From Psammoneis japonica (taxonomy: Eukaryota): a stretch of DNA of 64,000 nucleotides. Made by a program: the position numbers and the translations under genes. The stretch covers positions 1 through 64,000 of the forward strand of contig QPGO01000062.1 of assembly GCA_008632985.1 (NCBI GenBank), read 5' to 3'. How positions within the stretch are numbered: position 1 is the stretch's first letter; the number at the start of each line of letters is the position of its first letter. Shown in pieces: positions 27,575-39,065 of the stretch. A model generated the notes under the pieces. That model did not search any database. It was not told the DNA's origin and worked only from the letters and a program-made list of their open reading frames with translations.

Positions 27575-27745
27575 AGTTTTTTCCTTTTGAGTTGGTTGGT
27601 CTGGTTGACATTGCCACTCCTGTGAGTTCAAGCCTGCATGGTCCTGGCAAACACACCAACAGCATGGCTTTTCCTTGAGTTGGTCTGGTTGGCATTGCCG
27701 CTCCTGTGAGTTCAAGACTGCAATGCCCTGCCAAACACACCCAGA
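27575..27745. repeat. Two diverged direct copies of a ~90-bp unit, possibly subterminal repeats
   Basis: ttccttg/ttgagttgg..tctggtt..cattgcc.ctcctgtgagttcaag.ctgca...aaacacacc occurs twice. Confidence 0.75.
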
Positions 27746-28026
27746 CATGTCACAAACTCTCTGTGCATTTTGACATCCTAAATTGTTGATGACCCACGCA
27801 CTCACACACAGGAAAACGTTTGAACCACTTGTGCCCACAGGGGGCACTGTTGGAAGTTCTCAAGCAGCACATGTGACAATTCAATGGCTTTTGTGACTTA
27901 CAAACCAGCACAGTTGTCATCCAAGTGAGGGTTCTGTTCCTGCACATTCTGATGGAAAGAGTGCATGGTGAACGTGTTTCTACTGCTTTTACACACAATG
28001 AAACAAACACTGAACATCATGCCCAG

Positions 28027-29925
28027 CTAGTCCTCTTTGAGAACAAAGGCGGAGCTTGCGTGCACCACCCCCATCTTGAATTCAGCCACATAACATCCAG
28101 CACTGCCAAGCCTTCTGGGATGAATAACTTTGAACGTCCACTTTCCATCCTTGGCAACGAACTTCATGCTGCCACCACGGAAGCCAGTGTCCTCGAACGC
28201 GCCCTTGTCTCCCAACTTCCTAACGCGCACCAACTTTGGCACACGCAGCTTATCATACGTTTGCTCCTTGCAGGAGTCCTTCAACCAAATCTTAAGCACA
28301 AGTTTTTCAAACCTGTGCGAGTAAGCTGCTTTTCCCTTCGAGTATGGGTGGCACAAACGCTTCAAGTCTACATCATTGATTACCGGCGATGCATGAATCT
28401 TCACCCTGCCCATTGGCCTCATGCTCTTAACAGTCAGCTGGTTGGGAACCGAGGGGCACTTGTCACAAGCATCTCCTATACCATCCCCGTCGCTATCGGC
28501 CTGATTAGCGTTGGAAAACGAGGGACAATTGTCAAGCTTATCATAAACGCCGTCACCGTCAGTGTCGTCGTCTCCGGCCTTTACCAAAAACAGGCAGACC
28601 TGGACTCCGTTATAGTTTTGATTTCCATCGCAATGACTTGTGACGTACAACCTGCCATCCATTATTGCCGAACCAGCTATAGAAGGCACCGGATGAGAGT
28701 AAAAAGAAAACGTCAGACCATGACTGAATTCCTCTATCCTTGTCAAGTTGCCACCATTGGGATTATATACCCAAATCTGCCTGCCACGCCGTCCATCATC
28801 AGAGGTAAAATACAATTTTCCATTGATGGCTGTCAAGTGACGTGGAAAAGAAGACTTTGCGCCAGGATAGATATCCTTGACCATTTCAGAACTGCCATTA
28901 ATGGGATCATGTACCCAAAGTTCGCCTCCATGCTTTCGATCTTTAGCACTGAAATACAGCTTCCCATGCATTGGTGTCAAATAGTAGGGATCGACATCCA
29001 ATATCATTTTCGAATCCCCATCATTAGGATCATACATCCAAAGCCCCACTCCATGCACTCCATAAGTAGCCTTGAAATACAACTTTCCATTCAGTGGTGT
29101 AAGAAGCGGGTCATTCAATACGGAAGGTGCCGAACCAGGATTGATATCCTCGACCATTTCCGCATTACCGTTAATGGGATCATACATCCAAAGCTCTATT
29201 CCGTGTTTTGCATCTTTCGCACAGAAATACAACTTTCCGTTCATTGGTGACAAAGGATGTCGCCAATGATTCACCTCACCTGGAAAGATATCCTTTAACA
29301 CAGTGACATCGCCACTATTGGGATCATACACCCAAAGCTGATGTCCATGGTTTCTGTGCCCGATCGCTTTGAAATACAACTTTCCATTCAGTGGGGTCAA
29401 AGAATATATAAAAGGGACATAATTCGAAAAATCCGTTATTCTCTCCGTGTTTCCGCTACTTGAATCGTGCACCCAGATCTCCCATCCATGTGTTGAATCG
29501 CGAGCAACAAAGTACAGCTTTCCATCCATTTCCGTCAGGTGCCTCGGCGAAGAACTCTTACGACCCGGATTGATATCGTTGACCAATTCGGACTTTCCAT
29601 CACTGGGATTATACACCCATAGCTCCCTTCCATATTGTCCATTTCTGGCACAGAAATAGACTCTTCCGTCCATGGTTGGTACCACATCACTGCAGATATC
29701 GCGAAATTTTTCGACGAGAGAGATTTCATACTCGTAAGAAGACGACACTCGACGATGGTGACGTTTGACCAGGGTAGTAGCACTATTCTTCGTTTCGTGG
29801 AGAGTGATCTTTTTATCGGTCGTCGTGTTGCCAAGGCCGACACGAAGAACTTCCTTTGCATTGACATCACCGTGAAAGCCAGTGAGAAGCAAAAGAAGAA
29901 GAAGAAGAAGAAGAAGACGCGGCAT
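28027..29925 (-). CDS. Secreted ELWxxDGT-type repeat (beta-propeller) protein with thrombospondin type-3 repeats
   Basis: Signal MPRLLLLLL. Six to seven repeats of GKLYFxAxDxxHGxELWxYDP...V.DI.PG. TSP3 motif [15 protein letters not shown]...[18 protein letters not shown]. Intronless. Confidence 0.85.
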   Translation of the reverse strand: MPRLLLLLLLLLLLTGFHGDVNAKEVLRVGLGNTTTDKKITLHETKNSATTLVKRHHRRVSSSYEYEISLVEKFRDICSDVVPTMDGRVYFCARNGQYGRELWVYNPSDGKSELVNDINPGRKSSSPRHLTEMDGKLYFVARDSTHGWEIWVHDSSSGNTERITDFSNYVPFIYSLTPLNGKLYFKAIGHRNHGHQLWVYDPNSGDVTVLKDIFPGEVNHWRHPLSPMNGKLYFCAKDAKHGIELWMYDPINGNAEMVEDINPGSAPSVLNDPLLTPLNGKLYFKATYGVHGVGLWMYDPNDGDSKMILDVDPYYLTPMHGKLYFSAKDRKHGGELWVHDPINGSSEMVKDIYPGAKSSFPRHLTAINGKLYFTSDDGRRGRQIWVYNPNGGNLTRIEEFSHGLTFSFYSHPVPSIAGSAIMDGRLYVTSHCDGNQNYNGVQVCLFLVKAGDDDTDGDGVYDKLDNCPSFSNANQADSDGDGIGDACDKCPSVPNQLTVKSMRPMGRVKIHASPVINDVDLKRLCHPYSKGKAAYSHRFEKLVLKIWLKDSCKEQTYDKLRVPKLVRVRKLGDKGAFEDTGFRGGSMKFVAKDGKWTFKVIHPRRLGSAGCYVAEFKMGVVHASSAFVLKED

Positions 29926-30491
29926 GGCAGTCACAACAAGACGCCGCCAAACCAAGAACTGCTGCATGAGACAAAAAATGCAATAATATTCAATCCGCAA
30001 ATGTGGCTTGAATTGTGTGATTGCTTGCAAGTGTTTTCGCCGGGAACACATGGGTACTTGACAAGTTCGCGACAATCTCGTCACCCATGCGCGACCTCAT
30101 GAGGGCGAACTAACAGCGGTCATGTTTCGCATCGATCACAGCATACACGTGTTATCCTCTGCTGTATAGGCAAGGATGCATCTTGGGGTGTTTTGGAGTC
30201 GCCGCACAATGGAATGAGGCGACGCCCGCAGAGCCCGCATCATTGTCGTGCACGTTTAGTTTTGAAGCGGAAACACAAAACGCCTGGATGCAATATACAT
30301 TTCTGCATCATATATATATGCATTACCATTATGCAGTACTGTAGTTACTTTATGTACCGTAAACTTACTGTAGATCATGTACCAATAAGTATTTCAATCG
30401 TGTTTCGCCTTCTGCGTTCTGGTATTTTCAGTTTGGTATCCTCAGGGCAGTCAGTAAGAGAACACAGGAGGAGTAATATAAGGTATTGACA

Positions 30492-31779
30492 ATGACGTTC
30501 GCATCAGCAAAGCTCCGTTCCGGAACAAACCGTGGCAAAGACGATATGCAGCCAATGCCTCTAAGGCATGACTTTGATGACAGCACGCAGGAATTGTGGT
30601 TTTCGTCAGGCTTGGCAAGCAACAGAAACAAGCTAGTAGTAGTGTCGATCGCTCTTCTACTTGCGGCTGCCTATGTTGCTGTCTTATGTTTTAATCCAGG
30701 AACCGACGCGAAAAATTCAATCAGATCTAATTCAAATGTGCTGCAACTGCAGTGTCCAGAACAAGTCCATCATGCCGAAAATGTAGACGAGGAGGAATAC
30801 AAGGAGGAATACACGCGAACCAGTGACGGAAATCTCTTGCTCAAGAGTAATGTGACTGCGTTTCTGGAAAGCTTTCGAAAACAGGGTTACGATAATTGGG
30901 GACACTCGTATGAAGAATTGAAGAAAGGGCTGTAAGTAGTGAGCTGGCATTCAGAGTTCTGCTTTTTTCTGCGCGGGTTCTTGCACTGACGTTGTTGTCC
31001 GTTGTACAGCTATCACTGGAAGTCTACAATGTACCCTGACAATTTAAATGAAGGAGATTCGATTTACGAAAGTGCTTGTGGCATTGGATTAAATCTCTAC
31101 ATGACACTTGAAGTTGTCAACGAGGTCAAGGGACTCGAGAAGTTGGTGGTGTATGGAAACGAGTACCTGAAAGAGAATGCAGAAAGCGCCAACTTGCTGT
31201 TCGACGTTGCAGCTCCATTTCATGCGAAAAAGGGCACCATTTGTGCTGGAGATTCGGCTCATTTGGAGTTTATTCCCTCCGCGTCGTTTGATTTAGTCTT
31301 TACTGGATACTTACCGTAAGTCGCCTTGAGTCGGCATTTGTCGGTTCTACGTTTGCAGCACAACAATGCCTCACGTCCAGTCTTGCTGTTATTGTTGTTG
31401 TTCCCCACAAAGTACCTTGAATAACCCCTTGGGGTATGACTTTGGAGATTTCAATACCAACTGGGACTACTACATCGAGGCGTGCGAAGGCGATGACTGG
31501 AAAAGCAAAAAGTTGGCCGACTTGGCGCAAACAAAGCAAAACGAATGGGCCGCAAGACTAGTGGGTGAAATGATTCGCATCGCCAAGCCCGGAAAAGCAA
31601 TCATTTTTGAACAAATCACTCTTCCGCTCTGCGACGCACTAGACGACTGGGGTGGCGTTACAAGAGAATGGTGGAAGGAATCCATTGGCAAGTATGGCTG
31701 GGACGTGGATCCGGAATCTATCAAAATGGAAGACGACTCTATCTTTCATCGTTATCATGTGTTTATGAGGAAGAATTGA
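30492..31779 (+). CDS. Type II membrane protein with class I SAM-dependent methyltransferase domain (3 exons)
   Basis: N-terminal TM. Motifs IYESACGIG, SFDLVFTG and EMIRIAKPGK. Frame-preserving GT-AG introns at 30932-31009 and 31316-31412. Confidence 0.8.
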
Positions 31780-32010
31780 AAAAAGAAGAGTAAGAAGTGG
31801 CTCATGAGTCGTGACGATTCCGATTGTTTCGGTTTCTTGCGTTTGGAGGCGAAAAGTGAGAACCGCGGCAACAAACGCCACTATCTTGTTGGTAAAAAGA
31901 TGCAGCGCTGGAAGTTTGTCAACAAGCTACTCGATGGAACTATCATACTGCACTACGCTCCTCTCGATTGTCACCGTATTCATTGCGGGATCAAAAGTAA
32001 AAACTGACGA

Positions 32011-32853
32011 CTACGTTAACAGTGTCGAACAAGGATCTGGCTGCGGCAGCGGAACCGTGGCTGAGCAAGGCCGAGCAATGTTGGACAACAGACCACTGTT
32101 TCGTCGCGTCCGTCCAGCATAGTCATTAAATTCTTCTCCGCTGTTGAATTCGTCGCACTCTACGCAATCCACCAAATCGCAGGTGGGAGCGTCTTCATTG
32201 GGATCTCCACCAAACAGAGTGTATCTAACGCATGTCCCAAAACAGAAATCTCGTGTATTACGAGTATTATAATACCACATGGTCGCACAGGACTCTGTAA
32301 AGCCAAGGCCTTCAAAGCATCGTATGGCAAGAGATTGGCTGAAGAGTCCTTGCAGTCCACAACGTGTAGCAGCGCTCAGCAAGTTTGGACCTTGTTCCAT
32401 GTAGACGCTCAAGTCTTGAAGAGAGGAACAATATCCGCACGGAGTATCATGAGTAACATAACGGTTTTTATCCAGTGCCTCTTGAAGTGTTTCATCGCGG
32501 ATAGTCACTAAAGAGTACGTATGGGCAGTGGGACACCGAGAGTTGTTACCAGGTTTGACGATCTCCACAACACAAACTCCTGTGGTGTCTTCACTAAACC
32601 TAGGACATGAAATATCTTCATCGTAGGGATCACATTCGAGGCTCTTGGACTTTGTCAACTGCATTTCTCGCAGATTTGGAATGATTCCTGAAAAGTCTGT
32701 TTCGGGCTTCTGGTTATCAGGGGGGCAATCATTGCTTCCTTCCGGAATGCAGAAACAGCCTCCACAATCAGCAAAGTCACCACTTCCACCATGAACACAT
32801 AGAAGGAGAATGAGGACGATCGACACAGCGGCAGCAATCGTCGTCATGGCCAT
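32011..32853 (-). CDS. Secreted Cys-rich protein of unknown function (paralog A)
   Basis: Signal peptide. CGYCSSLQDL and AGRTRRNSGL motifs. Close paralog at 42109-42957. Confidence 0.8.
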   Translation of the reverse strand: MAMTTIAAAVSIVLILLLCVHGGSGDFADCGGCFCIPEGSNDCPPDNQKPETDFSGIIPNLREMQLTKSKSLECDPYDEDISCPRFSEDTTGVCVVEIVKPGNNSRCPTAHTYSLVTIRDETLQEALDKNRYVTHDTPCGYCSSLQDLSVYMEQGPNLLSAATRCGLQGLFSQSLAIRCFEGLGFTESCATMWYYNTRNTRDFCFGTCVRYTLFGGDPNEDAPTCDLVDCVECDEFNSGEEFNDYAGRTRRNSGLLSNIARPCSATVPLPQPDPCSTLLT

Positions 32854-33095
32854 GGGGGGCACTATACAAGAGGTGGGCAAACTGGGGAAATATGTACTCA
32901 ACAGCGACAACAAGTCGACTGAGAAAGGTGGGACAGGGGACAGGTGCGCGATCTGTCCGTTGAGAGAAAAACAAAGATGGTTTATGATGTTTTCGTGCTT
33001 TTCCTCAAACGAAACCAGAGCACAAGATTTCTGGGTCACAGTCATCATTTTGCGGTCATTCCCTAAACTGTTGCAGAACCAGGCCTGCGGGGAGC

Positions 33096-35200
33096 ATGGA
33101 CAGCTTGCCGAGTTTCATTTTTGGTACCAAAAAAGTAAAAAACCGAATTGAGTCCTTATTTTTGCCATATGTTGAATGGCCATTTTTTGCCCATCATTGG
33201 CCTAAAACTGACCATTTCTTCGCATTTCCTAGCTTTTCATCATCTCTTAAACAGTTCTTTGATGATAGTTGGTTGTGAAATGGGCTTGGGATTAGCTTAA
33301 TCTAGCTGCAAAAGTTGCACCTTTTTCGCGTAATGACTCAATTCGGTCCCCCCTGTACATTTCTACGTGTCAATTACCAGCAAAAATTTAACATACCTCC
33401 AAATCAGCAAGAGCACGGAGAAGTGATGATATATGATGTACGTGTCTTGGTAAAAAAACTACATGAGAATTGTTGAATCTCGTTTTCGCTTCAAAAAATA
33501 CAAACGACCATGTTCGACGGCAACGGGCAGCCGGAGAAAACTGAAACACCCAAATCCAAACACATGGTCAGAAGCAGCAGCAATTGAAGATTATCACAGC
33601 AACAAAAACAGTTTGATTACTTGGTTTTTTTATCATTTTATCGATCGATTCAACACATGGGTCGGACAAGGACTCAGTTCAGTCCTAAGGACTCAATTCG
33701 GTTTTTTACTGGCATGCCAGTAGAAAGTCAACATGCTTCTACATGCGACAGTTTCTCATACATGCGTACGAACATCACGAACTCTGCGAGCTCCAACACG
33801 AGAATAACACGAAGCACGAAGAGTTTGCGAGAGAGCGAATGGCGTTGCCAACACACTGTGAATGTAAAGTAAAAATGCCAAAACATTGTTGTTGCATGAC
33901 ACATAGATGGTTGGTCTGTTGACAGACAAAATGTGTCGCCTTCAAAGCTGGTCAGAAGCTTCAATGGACTGCACAGCTGCTCGCATGTCATTGGGTCGTA
34001 ACAGAGGCCTGCATCCCCCACTTTGAATCATTCTCAAATGACAACCACAGCCAACTCCTCCACCAACATCACTGTCATCTCCCACATCAAGTTGCTGTTC
34101 AATTCACACAATGCTCTCTGCAGCAGGAGAGCAAATGATGAGACTTCTGGCTCGTCCAGCAAGAGGACAACGCCGCCGACTCAACAACTCTCCAGCACCT
34201 CTGTCTCAGTCACAGATTTGTCATGTGACTGGTTGACATCCACAACCACAAATGTTTTTGGAAGTGTTGCTTGTTTGCACCCACAAAGCAGAGCCCTCTA
34301 AACTGCTGCTGCATGGAGAAAAGGATGACAAAGCAGCCAGTCACAGTTCCTGGATGAGCGACCTTTTCAGAACAAGTCCTCCTTGGGGTCAGGCTGAATT
34401 CACTGTCATGCCACCAATTTGAGCTCTGCTGAGTCATCCACACCGGCTGTGTTTGCCACAGCGCTGCTTGGGTGACTTCCAACGGGGCCAATGCGTCATT
34501 TGCGGTTCTTGCATCCACAGAAACACATTCAGGGTAAGTCCTCCTTGGCCTCCAGCTAACTCCACCGTCATGCCACCACATTGAGAACTGCTGAGTCTTC
34601 CATGCTGAACACTGACGTCGCAACACCACCAAGGACACTTCAAATGGGATCGGTGCATTGTCGCAATTCCAACACCGACCATTGCACATCATGTTGATGG
34701 GTCCAACGGCGTCTTTTTGTGGTGAAACAAAACCCCTGCAACTCGGTCACGACCGGCCATTGCTGGGTCTTCCATGCTGCATGCTGGCGCACAACAGTGC
34801 CAAAGACACTTCAAATGGGGTCAACATGTCATCTCAACATCAACACCGACCATTGCACGTCACGTTGTCACGTTGATGGGTCCAACGGCGTCTTTTCATG
34901 GCGAAACAAAACCCCTGCAACCCGGCCACGACCGGCCATTTTCTTGAAGCGATTGTCAGCCACATTCTCAAACTCCACGGCAAGGGAGACATGATGTGGA
35001 GAGGTGGCGTCAGAGTGCAAACAACGCCGTCGCATCATCACCATTGTGAGTGCGGCATGCACGGGCAGGTCGCCGCACAAATTTGAATGAGCTGATGGGT
35101 CCAACTGCCATTGCAGTGCAAACGCACGTAGAAACTGGTGTGCACAGATCTACACAACTTTGCACTGGCATGCCAAAAATGAACTCGGCAAGCTGTCCAT
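33096..35200. mobile_element. Putative non-autonomous DNA transposon bounded by ~28-bp inverted repeats
   Basis: atggacagcttgccgagtttcatttttgg (33096-33124) matches the reverse complement of 35173-35200 with one indel. No unambiguous TSD. Confidence 0.55.
34365..34941. repeat. Two pairs of diverged tandem duplications (~160-175 bp period)
   Basis: aagtcctccttgg...gtcatgccacca...ctgctgagtc occurs twice. gacacttcaaatggg...caacaccgaccattgcac...gttgatgggtccaacggcgtc...acccctgcaac...acgaccggccatt occurs twice. Confidence 0.75.
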
Positions 35201-35750
35201 TGACCACTTGTCTTTCTTTGTGGGTGTGGGTGCATGTGTGCGTTGCATGCTGTGTTGCCTGCACGCACGCAGGGCCCTGCCGCCGGGGCCGGCATTGTGG
35301 CGGCTGAGTGGCGTGGCCACCGCACAGGTGACACGGATGACCGTCACATTTGATGTCTCATGCCATTTTTGGGGCTGCAGCAAGGTGCACGGACACTCTT
35401 TTTTTTCCAATTTATCGCCACAATGGCGCATCGCACAAACTCACTTGTTGTTCGATGTGTTTTCCCCAATGTGACTTTTTCGTGTAGAATTCACGATGAA
35501 TTGTCTTTGCACACAACTGAGTGCATTTTTGAACATGCCACGCCGGCAATCCCAATTTTTCAGAACTTTTGAGCTCTCCTGAAAAACCGTGCCACGCACC
35601 CGTCGCAGGGAATTTGTCGATTTTTTAGGATGTCCCCACGACCTCTCATGTCCTCAATGATCATTCTGTGAATCCGAAGAATTCATCTTCACTAAACAAC
35701 CCATGCCGTTCCAAAATCCGAGGGACACACTTTCAAATTCAGACGGACAA

Positions 35751-35831
35751 CCCGACTGCCCGACCCCCCGACTGCCCGACTGCCCGACCCCCCGACCCCC
35801 CGACTGCCCGACTGCCCAACCCCCCGACTGC
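35751..35831. repeat. 8-bp minisatellite (cccgactg/cccgaccc) about 10 copies
   Basis: Directly visible. Confidence 0.9.
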
Positions 35832-35889
35832 CGGACCGACACGAAAAAGTCTGCAATCACCAACCACTGAGTGGTCAATGAAAGTTCAA

Positions 35890-38800
35890 TGAGGAAGTTG
35901 CAGACGTCTTCTGCCGAGTGAATCCAATCTGCTAGAGTGGCTGCCCTGACAGGCTCAGTCAGTCAGAGTCTTAGTGCGATGATGCGAGTGCAGCCAACAA
36001 GATGCTTCTGGGCCTGTCACAGCTGCAACAGCCAGTTGCAGCAAGTGAGGCCATTTCATCATCATCGTTTTCTTCCCTCCAACCACATCACAGCCCCACT
36101 CTTTCAACTTGTGAAGCACATGGGCCAATCTGTGATGCAGCAGATTTCACTTGATCCTCTCGAAATGTTCCCAGCGAGACTGTCAGGGACAATTTGACTC
36201 AGCACTGGACCAACACCTCCAACACAACAACCACATCCTCTGAGCATGGTGTGAAGCCTCGCCAGGGAAGAAAATCAACACTGCTCGACTCAATGCATGA
36301 ACTTGCCCAACAGAAAAAAATTTTGTCTGACTGACGCCATGACTTTTGTGAAAAATCACTCGAACTTGTTTCTGTCCCCTCCTTTGCGACCCAAACAGTC
36401 CCCACAGCAACAGCCTTGTGGCTGCATTGGCGCACAATGCTGGAATGATGCTTCTTCTTGAGTGTGAACCAAGGAACAGAGCATTTCTTGCAGACAGCCT
36501 TGTTCTTACAAAAAACACTGGTTGGCCCTTCAGCTGGTGCACCAAACATTTGAAGCTTGCACCGCAGACCTTCAATGAGCTCAATGGCGCTCTTGAGTGT
36601 GATGATCTCAGCTCCAAGTTTGCCAGCCTCCACAGCATTTTGACACATTTAGAGTGCCACACGATGGGCACTCAATTGGTGAACACCAAGACACCTGTGT
36701 GGTGTGCGGCTGCAATGATTGGCAACATTGCCAGCACAGTTGGCATCTACAAAACAATGTGTTGACACTGCATTGTCTCGAGACAGTGGTGCATTCATTG
36801 GGATGGCCTCCTTGGCATCTCGGCAAAAATTGCAATCTTGGGTTGAGCTGGGTCAAATGCCACTTGGTGCTTTGGAACCTGCTTGAGGCATGCAAAGACA
36901 TGCAACACCAGCTCCAGGTGACCAATGCAAGGCAACGCAAGGTGAGCAGACATTGACAAAACTTCCAAATGGATGTCTGCTCTGCCAAGTTCCACAGCCC
37001 AGACCAACATGCCAGTCAGGTCCTGGCAGCAGTTCAGTCCTTCGGCATCCAACTTGCCAGTTGTGTCCAGCTTGGGCTTGCATCTGCTGCTCAGTGGAGT
37101 CATTGCCTTGCTGGGCAGAGATGTTTCCCTTCCTTGCTGAGCCTGTCCTCAACATTCTGAACAGCAGCCTTGCAATGCTTCTCTGCTGACATTGAACAAA
37201 ACAGGCAGTTCCATCAGACAAAGTCATCTTTGAAAGTGTGGTCCCAAGACATGAATCAGGCTCAGCTGCCTCATCACCCTTGAGCTTGAACTTGGGCCCA
37301 ATGCCATCCATCCTCTTCATGTGCTTGTGGATGATCAACAGCACATCATCAACATGAACTGGGGCACATTCGCAGCACTCAAATCCATTGGGTTTCAGGT
37401 CTCATCCATGTGCCCACATTGGCCTTGCTTGGTTTGCACCCCAGATCATGTGGCGTCTCCGCTGGAAATGCCCTGAGTGCCGCTCCGGAACTCTTTGGTC
37501 CACAGAGAGCCCTGAGACCACAATCATGATGCAGCCTTCATCCTTGCCAAACTCAGAACCTGCACGGGCCAAATCTTCTCCCTGCAAGGGGAAGTGAGGC
37601 AGGCATTCTGGATGCCTTTTGCAAAAACTTGAAAGTCATTGAGCACTGCAAGTGCAATTCTCACCAAATCTCAAGAGATGACAGAGGAGCAGGTGGTGAT
37701 GTGTGAAGGAGTTTTGCAGCAGTGTGGCCACCGCCCACCACACAAGCTTTGCAGCAACGAAAGTTTTCTCCCATCTTGACACCAATGATCACATGGCATT
37801 TCACTTCTCGATGAAACCCAGGTGCCATGTCATCTGGCTCTCCCTCATGTTTTTCAAACATGACGACTCACATGTTCTTCATCTCCATGCAAATGGCATC
37901 CCACCAAAGGGTGTTGCCGTTTGCGTGATCAAGTTGAATCACCTCCTTGATGCTCTTTGGGATTTGGGTGCCAAACTTGTGCATCCTCAGCCAACACTTT
38001 GACTCACTTGACCTTGGCAATGGATTGCTTGTGGGTTCTCATGATGTGAGGAACCCACCAGATGGTTGGCTGCTGTGGTGAATGCAATGCCTCCTCTGAA
38101 CTCCTTTTGTGCCTTCAAGGTTTTGACTGCTGCTTGCAGCTGTTGGTGCTGCATCTTCTCAAAAAGAATGCACAATTCTGGGCCTCCGTCTTCACCTCGT
38201 TGTGTTCTCTTTGAAGACTGAAGACATTGAACATTTCTTGGAGCTTGTCCACAAATGCTTCAAATGGCACAGCAAGCTCACTCTTGCAGTGGAGAGCATT
38301 CTCCAAGTGCTTGGCTTCAGAAATGCAACGGGAGGAATTTCCTTCTCCCTGGCAGTGGTCACATGGTGCTTGGCATTCCACGCATCCGTTCTGCTTGCCC
38401 TTGTGGTCTTTCAACAACTGTTCACTTGGGGTCCCAGCAGCAAGGGACTTGATCAACAAGTGGGCCACATGAGTGTCCACTTCAAAGCTGGACCTTGGAG
38501 AGGTGCACATGCAATGCACTTCTGGACAAAAGTGTTGTGACCGTCAAGCTCAGGTGCATCTTTCTGACAAATGCAATGCACCAGCTGTGTGCCAGATGCT
38601 CCCAGCATGACACCAAGCACATTCATCAAACTGGCGAGCCATTTCAACCAACCCATCTTGCTCTCCAACATCCTGGGTGACACCTCCTTGCCAAGAGAGT
38701 CTGCTGTGAGAGCAAATCTCAGTGCAACTGAGTGCCGTCTGGAGCACAGCATGGAAAGTTGTCTGGTCAAGCCTGTCAAGAGTGGGGTTTTCACTCACAC

Positions 38801-39065
38801 AACCAAAGTCTTGCACCCAATGGACAAGAGCCTTGAGATGTCTGCCATGTTCAAGCAAGAGTCTGAGAGCTGTGCTGTGCAACACATGTGGCTGGCAGGG
38901 GGTGCAAATTTGACTGATGGACTTGTGTTGCATCCCCCGCTGGCCCCTTGAGTGCACCAAGCTTGGCACCCAGCACTGCGCTGGCAGGGGGTCAAAGCTT
39001 TTGTCACACAGGAGTTGCAACTGGGCAAGCACAACAATTTCCAGGCTGTTTCTGGGTGCAGGCAC
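35890..39065 (-). mobile_element. Second Ty1/Copia remnant (gag, RT, RNase H; PR/IN apparently deleted), depleted of TpA and CpG
   Basis: RNase H: IEGLRCKLQMFGAP.EGPTSVFC.NKAVC...TLKKKHHS. RT: GMLVWAVELGRADI.LEV..MS.HLALP..GHLE..LHVFACLK. gag: GEGNSSRCISEA...LHCKSE. Possible 3' LTR ~35890-36149 next to a purine tract. Confidence 0.8.

Noticed and set aside
27830..27850. gtgccc-acag-ggggcac hairpin as a Helitron or transposon terminus
   Set aside because: Only a 6-bp stem, with no matching other end or Rep/helicase evidence.
10764..27990. Dozens of overlapping 60-250 aa Cys/His-rich ORFs on both strands (also at 1-1500, 34-41.7 kb, 44-45.8 kb and 63-64 kb)
   Set aside because: Expected artefact: losing TA removes TAA/TAG stops and Tyr codons. 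Most end in TGA and lack domains.
27925..29250. 441-aa plus-strand ORF
   Set aside because: Antisense shadow of the ELWxxDGT repeat gene.
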